Made by a program: the position numbers and the translations under genes
Shown here: positions 1 to 10,578 of the stretch, piece after piece
Numbering within the stretch: position 1 is the stretch's first letter
How the letters are laid out: every line of letters starts with the position of its first letter
The notes under the pieces: model-generated
Database searches by the model: none
What the model saw: the letters and a program-made list of their open reading frames with translations, nothing else
What the model was told of the DNA's origin: nothing
NCBI GenBank assembly: GCA_019347695.1
Contig: JAHWKT010000004.1
Span: 9,616-69,042, forward strand
From: Actinomycetota bacterium
GTDB taxonomy: Bacteria; Actinomycetota; Nitriliruptoria; Euzebyales; JAHELV01
Length of the DNA: 59,427 bases
Direction: 5' to 3'

Positions 1-25
1 GGTCTGCGGTGGGGTCAGCGGAGCG

Positions 26-352
26 TCAGCCGATCAACCAGGTCGCATCGTGTCCGCGAGCCGCCGCATCCGCAAGGATCTCCTGGGCGCGTTCGGTGTC
101 GCCCCGCCGACCGTGGAGCAGCACGATCATCTGGCAGTCGCCGCCTGGGCTGCGCCCGTCGCATGATCGTGACGGCACGATCACCGAGATCCGGGCCGTT
201 CCGATGCCGCGGGACGCCAGGACCGCCGTTGCCCGCTCCGCCTCGGTGAGGCTGTCGCACACACCGAGGACGTCGGCGCGCCGGTCGCGTTGCGGCGTGC
301 AGCGAGCTGTCCATGGCGGCCGATGGCGACGTGCACGGGTGGTGGAGCGCAT
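26..352 (-). CDS. hypothetical small protein (108 aa)
   Basis: Part of minus ORF 26..445. Internal ATG at 352 has GGGAGG about 8 nt upstream. GC3 bias is moderate and no family is recognised with certainty. Confidence 0.3.
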   Translation of the reverse strand: MRSTTRARRHRPPWTARCTPQRDRRADVLGVCDSLTEAERATAVLASRGIGTARISVIVPSRSCDGRSPGGDCQMIVLLHGRRGDTERAQEILADAAARGHDATWLIG

Positions 353-584
353 CGGTGGTGCCTCCCGGTGAGGTGGGTTCGTGTCGGCATGCTGCGATGA
401 CACTGCCCCGACGACGGTAGTGGCGCAGAGTTGTGCCATCGCCATCGGTCCGTCAAGCTTCGGTCAACAACGATGCAGGACTCCGCCATCGAGCCGATCG
501 GGCTCCGCCGCGGGTCGTGCCGCATGTGGACGGGAACACTGGCGGCGCTGACCGCCACCGGGCACGACTGACGAAGGTACCGAC

Positions 585-1622
<1,038 letters not shown>

Positions 1623-2029
1623 TCGGCCCGGTGGATCTCGGTTGTCATGACGACCGACGCCCGCATCCAGCTCAAGAACCCCACTCCGACGAGCTGTGGC
1701 GGGAAGCGAGCGTCGGCTGGTACACGACGGCGGTCAAGCTCGACCTCGAGGCGCGCGAGGTCATCAGCCGTGTGCCCGGCAGCAGCCCCCAGCTCCTCGA
1801 GCTCGCGTGACCAGCGGGCGCCTGTCGGTGTGGACCTCGGTCGAGACGCGCGCCCGACTCGAACACCTCGAGCGACACGGCCCCACGCCGTGGGCCTTCA
1901 CCTCCGGACGGCGATCGGCCCCGCCGGCAACGCCCCGCTGACCGCCGACGCGACCTGGCTGTGCCGCACGTGACCCGGCACCTCCGGCTCCGCGACGAGC
2001 GCGTGGCGGAGCTGCGGGCGTGACCGTGC

Positions 2030-2536
2030 GTGCCGGACCTGCGTCGGCGTCCAAACCCGGCCCGACTCGACATCGGTCGGGCGCACCCTGATGACGCTGG
2101 CGAGATCATCGCACTGCAGCGGGCGGCCTACCGCATCGAGGCCGAGCGGTACGACGATTTCGGGCTCCCACCGCTGACCGAGACCGCCGACGAGTTCGTG
2201 GCCGCGCTCGACACCCACACCGTCCTCGTGGCGCGCAGGCGGGACGGCGAGCCGTCCGCCCCGATCGTCGGCACCGCGCGGGCGCGGGTTGTCGGCGACA
2301 CCGCTCACATCGCACGGCTGTCGGTGCTGCCCGCGCTGCACGGCCAGGGCATCGGACGCCAGCTGTTGGCAGCCATCGAGCATGAGACAGCACCCGTGCG
2401 CCGCTACGAGCTGTTCACCGGGCATCGCAGCGAACGCAACCTGCGGATGTACGAGCGCGCCGGCTACCGCCGCATCCACACCGAACCGCAGTCGGATGCG
2501 GTCTTGCTGATCTTCATGGAGAAGGCCCGTCGGTAG
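2030..2536 (+). CDS. GNAT family N-acetyltransferase
   Basis: 168-aa ORF with the acetyl-CoA binding motif LPALHGQGIGRQLL and a C-terminal YERAGY motif. Confidence 0.8.
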   Translation: MPDLRRRPNPARLDIGRAHPDDAGEIIALQRAAYRIEAERYDDFGLPPLTETADEFVAALDTHTVLVARRRDGEPSAPIVGTARARVVGDTAHIARLSVLPALHGQGIGRQLLAAIEHETAPVRRYELFTGHRSERNLRMYERAGYRRIHTEPQSDAVLLIFMEKARR

Positions 2537-2624
2537 GTGGCACCGGACTCCCGTCCGCGCGGACCGGCCTGCCTCCCACACGCGCCGGCACACCACCCGT
2601 ACGCTCGGGTGCCGGAGGTGTGTC

Positions 2625-3062
2625 ATGCCGGCTCTGTGGGTCATCGTGCTGGTCGCTGCCGCCGGCGGCGCGGCGGTCGCGCTGCAGGCGCAGCTGGTCG
2701 GTCTCATCGACACCCGCCTCGGCACGTTGGAGGCCATCTTCTTCACGTACGGTGTCGGAGGCGTCCTGGCGGCGGCGTTGATGCTGCTGGCCCGTGGCGG
2801 GAACTTGGCCGAGTGGCGCGAGCTGCCGGGCTACGCCTACCTCGCTGGCGTGTTCGGCCTGGTGATCATCGGAGCGATCTCGTACGGTGTGGCGCGCCTG
2901 GGGGTCGTGCGTGGGCTGTTGCTGGTCACGCTGTCACAGTTCCTCGTGTCCGCGCTCATCGACCAGTTCGGTCTGTTCGGCGCGGACGTCCAGCCGGTGA
3001 CACTCCACAAGATCGCCGGCATCCTGCTGCTGCTGGCCGGCGGCTGGCTGGTGCTGCGGTGA
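2625..3062 (+). CDS. DMT-superfamily membrane protein (YdcZ/DUF606-like)
   Basis: 145-aa hydrophobic ORF with 4-5 predicted TM helices. Its size and pattern are typical of DUF606. Confidence 0.75.
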   Translation: MPALWVIVLVAAAGGAAVALQAQLVGLIDTRLGTLEAIFFTYGVGGVLAAALMLLARGGNLAEWRELPGYAYLAGVFGLVIIGAISYGVARLGVVRGLLLVTLSQFLVSALIDQFGLFGADVQPVTLHKIAGILLLLAGGWLVLR

Positions 3063-3159
3063 ACCCGCCCGTCGACCTGGCGACCCTTGTCGGCCATCTG
3101 CACTGTCCGATCGACCCCGGCCCGTTAGGCTGCGGTCACCGCTACAGACCCCGACGGAG

Positions 3160-3960
3160 TTGGTGACCATGTCCACACGCGACGGCTACGAACCCGGCAC
3201 GCCCTGCTGGGTCGATCTCATGTCTCCGGACGTTGATGCGTCCACGGGCTTCTACCGCGATCTGTTCGGCTGGGACGCCGAGGATCAGCACGACGACGAG
3301 GGCCTCAGGATCTACACCACCTTTCTGCGCGACGGTAAGGTCGTCGCCGGCCTGGGTGGGCAGCCACCGGAGATGGACGGCGCGCCGCCGGTCTGGAACA
3401 CCTATGTCGCCACCGAGGACGTCGACGAGACGACGGCGAAGGTCGAGAAGGCCGGCGGCTCGGTGATGATGCCGCCGATGGATGTGATGGATCAGGGCCG
3501 CATGGCCATCTACAGCGACCCGAGCGGCGTGGTGATATCGGTGTGGCAGGCCGGGCAGCACCGCGGCGCCGAGGTGTGCAACGAGCCGGGCGCCTGGTCG
3601 TGGAACGAACTCATGACCCGCGACATCGACCGTGCGCTGGCGTTCTACACCGACGTCTTCGGGTGGTCGTACGAGAGCATGGACATGCCAATGGGCGCCT
3701 ACCACGTGATCGCCGGTGGCGACGAGGGCGGTCGCGGCGGGCTGATGGCGATGCCACCGGGCATGCCCGACATGGTGCCGAACCACTGGGCGGTCTACTT
3801 CATGGTCGACGACGCCGATGCCACCACGGCGCGGGTCTCCGAGCTCGGAGGACAGGTGGTGCAGGGACCCGACGACGCCCCGGGTGTCGGGCGGCTCGCA
3901 ACCCTGCACGATTCCATGGGTGGCAGCTTCATGATCCTGCAGCCGGCCCCGAGGCAGTGA
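3160..3960 (+). CDS. VOC (glyoxalase/bleomycin-resistance fold) family protein, two-domain
   Basis: 266-aa ORF with duplicated F(Y)xDLFGW modules (FYRDLFGWDAE and FYTDVFGWSYE). Confidence 0.85.
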   Translation: MVTMSTRDGYEPGTPCWVDLMSPDVDASTGFYRDLFGWDAEDQHDDEGLRIYTTFLRDGKVVAGLGGQPPEMDGAPPVWNTYVATEDVDETTAKVEKAGGSVMMPPMDVMDQGRMAIYSDPSGVVISVWQAGQHRGAEVCNEPGAWSWNELMTRDIDRALAFYTDVFGWSYESMDMPMGAYHVIAGGDEGGRGGLMAMPPGMPDMVPNHWAVYFMVDDADATTARVSELGGQVVQGPDDAPGVGRLATLHDSMGGSFMILQPAPRQ

Positions 3961-4076
3961 CCCGCCCGCCCCGCGCGGTCGGTCGCGACGTGGTCAGCGT
4001 CGCCGCCGGATCCTGATCGGCCTCCGGGCGGTCGTCGGTCGACCACTGCCGCTCGTCAGTCGGCGGCTCGCCGCGC

Positions 4077-5180
4077 TCAATCGAGACCCCAGGCGTCGGC
4101 GACCGCGTCGCCGATCCCGGTGACCGTGCGCGGCGACGACCGGGAGAACCGTGGTGCCGGCGCGGGTTGGCGGCCTGCCGGGTTCCACCGCGGGTGGCTG
4201 TCACGGTGACGCAGGTGCGGGTGGTCGACCGCCTCGTCGAGACCCAGCACCGGCGCCACGCACGCGTCGGTGCCCGCGAACCGTTCGGCCCAGTCGTCGC
4301 GCGGCAGCCGCAGGAACGTCGCGGCGATGCACGCCCGCAACTCGTGCCAGCGTGCCCGGTCCTCGCGTGCCGGCCATGTGGTGGTGTCGACCAGGTCGGA
4401 GACCCCGTCCAGGAACTCGGCGTAGAACTGCGGTTCGAGCGCCGCGAGCGCGACGTACCCGCCGTCGGCGCACAGGTAGGTGTCATAGAACGGGGCGCCA
4501 CCATCGAGCAGGTTGCTGCCACGCTGATCACGCCACATCCCTGCGTTGCGCATGCCCCACGTCTGCGCCAGAAGCAGCGAGGCGCCGTCGATCATCGCGA
4601 CATCGACGACCTGGCCCGTCCCGGAGCGCTCGCGCTCGAGCAGCGCCGCCAGCACGCCGGTGACCAGCAGCATCCCGCCGCCGCCGTAGTCGGCGATGAG
4701 GTTGAGCGGGATGGCCGGCGGACCGTCGGCCGGGCCGATCAGCGACAGCACACCTGAGATGGCCAGGTAGGTCAGATCGTGGCCGGCGCGATCGGCCAGC
4801 GGCCCGGTCTGTCCCCATCCGGTCATGCGGGCGTAGATCAGTCGGGGATTGCGCTCGGCGCAGACCTGCGGGCCCAGCCCCAGACGTTCGGTGACGCCGG
4901 GGCGGAACCCCTCGACCAGCACGTCGGCCCGCTCGACGAGGTCCAGTGCCGTGGCGTGCCCCGCGTCGTCGCGCAGGTCGACGGTCATCGTCGCCCGGCC
5001 GCGATCGGTGACCTCATGCTCCGGCGGCAGCAGCGCCGTGCCGCCGCCGGGTCGTTGGATCCGGAGCACGTCGGCGCCCAGGTCGGCCAGCACCATGCAC
5101 CCGAACGGGGCGGGACCCAGTCCGGCGAGCTCGAGGACCTTCACGCCGGCCAGCGGACCGGGGTTGGCGGCCTGGGTCAC
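4077..5180 (-). CDS. family III CoA-transferase (CaiB/BaiF; alpha-methylacyl-CoA racemase-like)
   Basis: Homology starts at VTQAANPGPLAGVKVLELAGLGPAPFGCMVLADLGADVLRIQRP. The GTG at 5180 overlaps the upstream TGA (GTGA coupling), so the ORF-track N-terminal extension to 5414 is rejected. Confidence 0.85.
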   Translation of the reverse strand: MTQAANPGPLAGVKVLELAGLGPAPFGCMVLADLGADVLRIQRPGGGTALLPPEHEVTDRGRATMTVDLRDDAGHATALDLVERADVLVEGFRPGVTERLGLGPQVCAERNPRLIYARMTGWGQTGPLADRAGHDLTYLAISGVLSLIGPADGPPAIPLNLIADYGGGGMLLVTGVLAALLERERSGTGQVVDVAMIDGASLLLAQTWGMRNAGMWRDQRGSNLLDGGAPFYDTYLCADGGYVALAALEPQFYAEFLDGVSDLVDTTTWPAREDRARWHELRACIAATFLRLPRDDWAERFAGTDACVAPVLGLDEAVDHPHLRHRDSHPRWNPAGRQPAPAPRFSRSSPRTVTGIGDAVADAWGLD

Positions 5181-6322
5181 AGACCGAGTCCGCGACCGAT
5201 GATCTCCTTCATGATCTCGGTCGTGCCGCCGTAGATCGTCTGGACCCGCGCGTCCGCGAAGTCGCGGCTGATCTGGTACTCGCGCATGTAGCCGTAGCCG
5301 CCGTGCAGCTGCAGGCAGCGGTCGGCGACCTTGACCTGCAGCTCGGTCGCCCACCACTTCGCCTTGGCGGCATCGGTGGCCGAGAGCTCGCCGTCGACGT
5401 GGCGGGCGATGCACGCGTCGATGAACACGCGCGCGATCGAGATCTCGGTGTCGAGCTCGGCGAGCAGGAACCGGCTGTGCTGGAACGACCCGATCGGCGT
5501 GCCGAACGCGGTGCGTTCCTTCACGTAGCTCAGGGTGCGCTCGAGGATGCCCTCGGCGGCGGCCACCGCGCTCACCGCGATGGCCAGGCGCTCCTGCGGC
5601 AGGTGCGAGACCAGACCGCGGAAGCCCGATCCCTCCTCGCCGAGGCGGTTGGTCACAGGCACGCGCGCGTCGGTGAACGACAGCTCACTGGTGTCCTGCG
5701 CGTGCAGGCCGAGCTTGTGCAGGTTGCGTCCACGGGAGAACCCCGGCGTGTCCGCCTCGACGACCAGCAGGGTCAGCCCTGCGTGGGGATCGTCGTCGGT
5801 ACGGCACGCCGCCACCACCAGGTCGGCGTGCTGCCCGTTGGAGATGAACGTCTTGGTGCCGTTGACCACGTAGTGGTCGCCGTCGCGCACCGCCCGTGTG
5901 CGGATGCCCGCCAGGTCACTGCCCGCGCCAGGCTCGCTCATCGCCACCGCCAGCACCGCCCGTCCGGTGGCGACATCGGGCAGCCACCGCGCCTGCTGCT
6001 CCTCGTCGGTCATGTCCAGCAGGTACGGCAGGACCATGTCGTTGATCAGCGTGAACGACAGCCCCACCGAGTTGGCGCCCGCCCGCGCGAACTCCTCGGT
6101 GATGACCGCGTTGAAGCGGAAGTCGTCGACACCCGCACCGCCGTGCTCGGCCGGCACGGCGAACCCCAGCAGCCCCAGCTCGCCAGCCTGCTCGAACAGG
6201 CGCCGGTCGATCATGCCCTTGGCCTCCATGTCTTCGGTCGCCGGCAGGACATGATCGGCGACGAAGTCGCGCACGACCTCCCGCAGGCTGTCGTGCTCGG
6301 GCTCGAAGATCGTCCGGCGCAT
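5177..6322 (-). CDS. acyl-CoA dehydrogenase
   Basis: 381 aa from MRRTIFEPEHDSLREVV (ATG at 6322). ACAD motifs present: SEPGAGSD, the C-terminal QLHGGYGY and IYGGTTEI. Confidence 0.92.
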   Translation of the reverse strand: MRRTIFEPEHDSLREVVRDFVADHVLPATEDMEAKGMIDRRLFEQAGELGLLGFAVPAEHGGAGVDDFRFNAVITEEFARAGANSVGLSFTLINDMVLPYLLDMTDEEQQARWLPDVATGRAVLAVAMSEPGAGSDLAGIRTRAVRDGDHYVVNGTKTFISNGQHADLVVAACRTDDDPHAGLTLLVVEADTPGFSRGRNLHKLGLHAQDTSELSFTDARVPVTNRLGEEGSGFRGLVSHLPQERLAIAVSAVAAAEGILERTLSYVKERTAFGTPIGSFQHSRFLLAELDTEISIARVFIDACIARHVDGELSATDAAKAKWWATELQVKVADRCLQLHGGYGYMREYQISRDFADARVQTIYGGTTEIMKEIIGRGLGL

Positions 6323-6515
6323 GTGGACCTCCGGCGTCGCGGTGGTGGGCGGTTGCTCGCGGGTGTCGGGTCTACAGTAGGCCGCGCGTCGGCCGGTGTG
6401 ACGGTCGACGCGCGCGTTATCCACACGTCGTCCGCTGCGGGCGTCGTCGTGGTCGTAGCGTGTGGCGACCGGACCCGGACACTGCGGTGCCGCAAACAAG
6501 AGCAAGGACGCGTTC

Positions 6516-7049
6516 GTGCAGGACATCTCCACCGCACCGAGCTGGCTGGCGGAAGAAGAGCTGTCGTGGGTCCGCGAGCGCGTGCCGCTGGTGTGCGTCG
6601 ACGCCGTCCCGGTCCGCCTGGACCACCTCGGCCAGATCGAGAAGGTGGGGTTGCTGCTTCGAGCGCTGCCCGACGAGACGGTGAGCCGGGCGATCGTGAC
6701 GGGGCGCATCCTGCGCGGCGAGACGGTCCGCGAGGCGCTGTGGCGCCACCTCACCAAGGATCTCGGGCCCGACTGCGACCCGCAGTTGCCCGCCTCGATC
6801 ACCCCGTTCACGGTGGTCGAGTACTTCCCGGACCCGCACCGCACCGGGTTCCACGACCCGCGGCAGCACATGGTCAGCCTCGCCTATGTGGTGCCCGTCA
6901 ACGGCGAGTGCCGCCCTGCGGAGGACGCGCTCGACTTCGCCTGGTTGACGGTCGAGGAGGTCACCAGCCGCGCCGTGGCCACCGAGATGTCACAGGGCCA
7001 CGACCGCGTGATCCGCCATGCGCTCGCGTCCTGCCGCCAGCTGCCCTGA
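6516..7049 (+). CDS. DUF4916-like / NUDIX-fold protein
   Basis: ORF 6462..7049. The GTG at 6516 has AAGGA upstream. The sequence WLAEEELSWVRERVPLVCVDAVPVR resembles DUF4916 proteins. The start is uncertain (6462 is the alternative). Confidence 0.6.
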   Translation: MQDISTAPSWLAEEELSWVRERVPLVCVDAVPVRLDHLGQIEKVGLLLRALPDETVSRAIVTGRILRGETVREALWRHLTKDLGPDCDPQLPASITPFTVVEYFPDPHRTGFHDPRQHMVSLAYVVPVNGECRPAEDALDFAWLTVEEVTSRAVATEMSQGHDRVIRHALASCRQLP

Positions 7050-7080
7050 GCACGGTCGCGCAGCCCGTCGGCGATCCTTC

Positions 7081-7121
7081 GATGGACGATAGGGATGCAC
7101 TACGCATCCCTATCGTCCATC
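7081..7121. terminator. perfect 18-bp stem / 5-nt loop hairpin between convergent genes
   Basis: GATGGACGATAGGGATGC-actac-GCATCCCTATCGTCCATC read directly. It lies between the stop at 7049 (+) and the stop at 7129 (-). No U-tract. Confidence 0.6.
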
Positions 7122-7128
7122 CAGCGGG

Positions 7129-9099
7129 TCAGGTGCGCTGGGCCAGGCGCCGGAAGGCGCCGAGCGACTCGGGGTTGGCCAGGGCGCCCTCGCTCGCGAC
7201 GTCGTCGAGCTCGGCACCGGCGAACAGCTTCTTGACCGGCACCTCGAGCTTCTTGCCCGACAGCGTGCGGGGCACGTCGGGCACCGCGTGCAGCTCGTCG
7301 GGCACGTGCCGCGGTGACAGATCGCTGCGGATGCGGTTGGTGATGCGTGAGCGCAGCCCGTCGTCGAGGTCGTGGCCCTCGCGCAGCACGACGAACAGCA
7401 GCAGGGTTCCGGGGCCGCCACCGTCGTCCTCGAGGTGGATGACCAGTGCGTTGGCGACCTCGTCGAGATCCTCGACCGCACGGTAGAACTCGCTGGTGCC
7501 CATGCGCACGCCGCCGCGGTTCAAGGTCGCGTCCGAGCGTCCGGTGATCACGCAGGTCCCGCGTTCGGTGATGCGGATCCAGTCACCGTGACGCCACACG
7601 CCGGGGAACATGTCGAAGTAGGCGTGACGGTAGCGCGAGCCGTCGTCGTCACCCCAGAAGCCGACCGGCATCGACGGCATCGGGGCGGTGATCACCAGCT
7701 CGCCACGGGCGCCGATCACGGGGGAGCCGTCCTCGTCGTACGCCTCGACGCGGGCACCGAGACATCGGCACGAGATCTCGCCCTCGTACACCGGTGTCAC
7801 CGGCGAGGCGCCGACGAACGCGGTGCACATGTCGGTGCCCCCGGAGACCGATGCCAGCAGGACGTCGTCCTTGACGTCGTCGTACACCCAGTCGAACCCC
7901 TCGGGCGGCAGCGGCGCGCCGGTCGAGCCGATCTGCGCCAGCGCCGACAGATCGAAGTCGTCGCCCGGCGTCATGCCCTGCTTGCGGCAGCTCATCAGGA
8001 ACGGCGCCGACACACCGAACAGGGTGATGCCGGTGTCGTCGGCCAGCTGCCAGAGCGTGTCGAGGTCGGGGTTGCCGGGGTCGCCGTCGAACAGCACGAC
8101 CGTGGCGCCGACCAGCAGGCCCGACACCAGGAAGTTCCACATCATCCAGCCGGTGGTGGTGAACCAGAAGAACGCATCGTCGGGGCCGAGGTCGTGGTGC
8201 AGTCCGACCATCTTGAGGTGCTCGATGGTGATGCCGCCGTGGCCGTGCACGATGGCCTTGGGGATGCCGGTGGTGCCGCTGGAGAACAGGATGTACAGGG
8301 GGTGGTCGAACGCGACCGGCTCGAACGCCAGCTCGCCGGCCTCCGCCGTCAGCTCCTGCCAGGTCGTGACGTCCGGGATCGCCTCGGTGCCGGGGTCGAG
8401 GTAGCCGAGCAGCACGGTGTGTTGCAGGCCCGGCAGCGCGTCGCGGATCGCGGCGACCTCCTCGCTGCGGTCGATCGCACGGTCGCCGTAGCGGTAGCCG
8501 TCCACGGTCAACAGGACCTTCGGTGCGATCTGCTCGAGCCGGTCGATGACCGAGGTCACGCCGAACTCGGGTGCGCACGACGACCAGACGGCACCGATGC
8601 TGGCGGTCGCGAGGAACGCGACGATGGTCTCGGGGATGTTGGGCAGGTAGGCGGCCACCCGGTCGCCGTGACCGACGCCGAGGCGCCGTAGGCCGGCCGC
8701 GGCGCGGGCGACCTGGTCCCGCAGCTCGGCGTACGTCACCCGCCGCTCGTCGCGTGTCTGTGACCGCGCGACGATGGCCGTGTGGTCGTCGTCACGTCGC
8801 AGCGCGTGCTCGGCGTAGTTGAGCGTGGCGTCGGTGAACCACGACACGTCCGGCATCTGCGTGCCGCTGCGCACCTGTGACGGCGGTGTGTGGAACACGA
8901 CGTCGAAGTGCTCGACGACGGCCTCCCAGAAGGCGTCGATGTGCTCGACCGACCACGTCCACAGGTCGTCGTAGCCGCCGATGTCGATGCCGTGCGTGGT
9001 CGCGACCGCGCGGGCGAACGCGCCGAGCTCGCTGGTCTCCCACGCGTCGTCCTCCGGGCTCCACAGCAGTTCGGGTGTGTCCGTGGTCGGTGTCGACAT
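7129..9099 (-). CDS. acetoacetyl-CoA synthetase (acetoacetate-CoA ligase)
   Basis: 656-aa ORF. N-terminus LLWSPEDDAWETSELGAFARAV...WSVEHIDAFW and the AMP-binding motifs FSSGTTGIPKAIVH and GDW..ITERGTCVITGRSD are typical of AACS. Confidence 0.92.
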   Translation of the reverse strand: MSTPTTDTPELLWSPEDDAWETSELGAFARAVATTHGIDIGGYDDLWTWSVEHIDAFWEAVVEHFDVVFHTPPSQVRSGTQMPDVSWFTDATLNYAEHALRRDDDHTAIVARSQTRDERRVTYAELRDQVARAAAGLRRLGVGHGDRVAAYLPNIPETIVAFLATASIGAVWSSCAPEFGVTSVIDRLEQIAPKVLLTVDGYRYGDRAIDRSEEVAAIRDALPGLQHTVLLGYLDPGTEAIPDVTTWQELTAEAGELAFEPVAFDHPLYILFSSGTTGIPKAIVHGHGGITIEHLKMVGLHHDLGPDDAFFWFTTTGWMMWNFLVSGLLVGATVVLFDGDPGNPDLDTLWQLADDTGITLFGVSAPFLMSCRKQGMTPGDDFDLSALAQIGSTGAPLPPEGFDWVYDDVKDDVLLASVSGGTDMCTAFVGASPVTPVYEGEISCRCLGARVEAYDEDGSPVIGARGELVITAPMPSMPVGFWGDDDGSRYRHAYFDMFPGVWRHGDWIRITERGTCVITGRSDATLNRGGVRMGTSEFYRAVEDLDEVANALVIHLEDDGGGPGTLLLFVVLREGHDLDDGLRSRITNRIRSDLSPRHVPDELHAVPDVPRTLSGKKLEVPVKKLFAGAELDDVASEGALANPESLGAFRRLAQRT

Positions 9100-9102
9100 C
9101 GC

Positions 9103-9312
9103 TCAACCCTCCGAGATGCCGAGCTCGCGAGCGACCCGCGCGACGTGGCTTTTGGCTCGTACGTTGCGCCACGCGTGCTCGACCTCGCCGTCCGGACCCA
9201 GCACGAAGGTCGATCGGATCAGCCCCTCGAACACCACGACGCGACCGTCGAAGTCGTCACTGGAGACCGGTTCGCCGCGCTGGTCGGCCAGGGTGAAGGA
9301 GTGATCGCTCAT
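9103..9312 (-). pseudogene. peroxiredoxin (Bcp/AhpC-TSA) remnant with in-frame internal deletion
   Basis: The 69-aa ORF joins a Bcp N-terminus (FTLADQRGEPVSSDDFDGRVVVF) directly to a Bcp C-terminus (IRSTFVLGPDGEVEHAWRNVRAKSHV). The roughly 85 residues that carry the catalytic Cys are absent. Confidence 0.6.
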
Positions 9313-9388
9313 TATTGTCGCCTACCGCTGCCGCTACTGCACCTCACTGCAGCGTACGCGGCGTCCGCGAGCACGAAACGCGTGACGG

Positions 9389-10549
9389 CTACCGCTGCGG
9401 CAGGAGCGTCTCGGCAGCCGCGACCACGACCACGATCGCAGCGACCCAGGCGAGCGCACTCGGCGCCGACCATGCGACAGCCAGCGGGTAGCTGCCGAGC
9501 AACGCCATCCCGCCGAGCGCGCGGACGACCGGCCACCCTGCCCCGGCGCGTACGAGCGCCACACCGGTGCACCCGACGAACAGGGCGACGCCGACGACCA
9601 GCGCCAGCGCGCCAGCGGGCTCGAGGTGCTCCGTCGGGTGGGCGACGGCCTCTTCGATCGCGACAGCGAAGCCGACGACCCCGCCGATGATCGGAAAGTG
9701 CAGGAGCGAGTAGACGTCGCGGGCGTACCTGCCACGCTCGCGTGAGGCCGCGCGGTGCATGGCCTCCTCGAGCGCGCCCTTCGCGCGGGCGAAGTAGGTC
9801 CACCACAACGCGCACGCGCCCGCGACCGCAAAGATGACCGCAGCCAGCAACACGCCGGTACGCGGTTGGTCGGCGGCGAAGGTCCCGGCCGCGATCAGGG
9901 ACTCGCCCAGTGCGATGATGACGAACAGCCCATGGCGCTCCGCGAAGTGCTCGGGGTACAACCGCCACTCCCCATCACCGGCGCGCCACGCCGAGAACAG
10001 ATCGAGCGCGGCGGCGACACCGAACGCGACCGTCCGCGGACCCGACGGCAGCGCCGCTGCGACCGCGACGGTCGCCAGGCCGGCGAACGACAGGGCCATC
10101 CATGGCCGGATGGCACCGCGCCACTCGGCGTCACCGGACGACACCCACCACTGCCCGGCGAGGCCGATCAGGCGCACAAGGATGTAGGCCGTCGCGAACC
10201 ACCAGCCGGTCGCTTCGAAGGCGTCGGGCACCGTGAGCGCCATCAGAAACGCCGCCGCGACCGCGGCCATGGTCAGCAGTTGCACGCCGCTGTGCTCGGT
10301 GTCGGCCGCGTTGAGCGTCCACGTGAACTGCGTCCACGCCCACCACACCAGCCAGAAGACCAGCACGGCGCGGATCAGGCCGACGCCGGTGAGGTGCTCG
10401 GCCAGCACGCCGGTCACCTGTGTGACCGCGAACACGAACACGAGGTCGAAGAACAGCTCGATGAACGTGGCGCCCTGCGGGCGGGTGGCCCGGACGGTGG
10501 TGGTCATCAGCGGATCCTGCAGGCTCAGGGTTGCCGGACGAGTCAGCAT
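9389..10549 (-). CDS. low-temperature-requirement protein A (LtrA) family membrane protein
   Basis: 386-aa polytopic ORF with the LtrA signature ATFIELFFDLVFVFAVTQ. Confidence 0.85.
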   Translation of the reverse strand: MLTRPATLSLQDPLMTTTVRATRPQGATFIELFFDLVFVFAVTQVTGVLAEHLTGVGLIRAVLVFWLVWWAWTQFTWTLNAADTEHSGVQLLTMAAVAAAFLMALTVPDAFEATGWWFATAYILVRLIGLAGQWWVSSGDAEWRGAIRPWMALSFAGLATVAVAAALPSGPRTVAFGVAAALDLFSAWRAGDGEWRLYPEHFAERHGLFVIIALGESLIAAGTFAADQPRTGVLLAAVIFAVAGACALWWTYFARAKGALEEAMHRAASRERGRYARDVYSLLHFPIIGGVVGFAVAIEEAVAHPTEHLEPAGALALVVGVALFVGCTGVALVRAGAGWPVVRALGGMALLGSYPLAVAWSAPSALAWVAAIVVVVAAAETLLPQR

Positions 10550-10578
10550 CCTTGCGACATGCTATCGGCAAGTCGATC

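Noticed and set aside
1623-2029. 407-bp gap after fba with coding-like pieces in three frames (e.g. ELWREASVGWYTTAVKLDLEAREVISRVPG; LSVWTSVETRARLEHLERHG; HVTRHLRLRDERVAELRA)
   Set aside because: There is no continuous ORF with a plausible start and I recognise no family. It may be another relic, but the evidence is too thin to call a feature.
5303-7486. 727-aa plus-strand ORF
   Set aside because: It is antisense to the acyl-CoA dehydrogenase and the AACS 3' end and overlaps the DUF4916-like gene out of frame. The composition is low-complexity Arg/Gly/Val.
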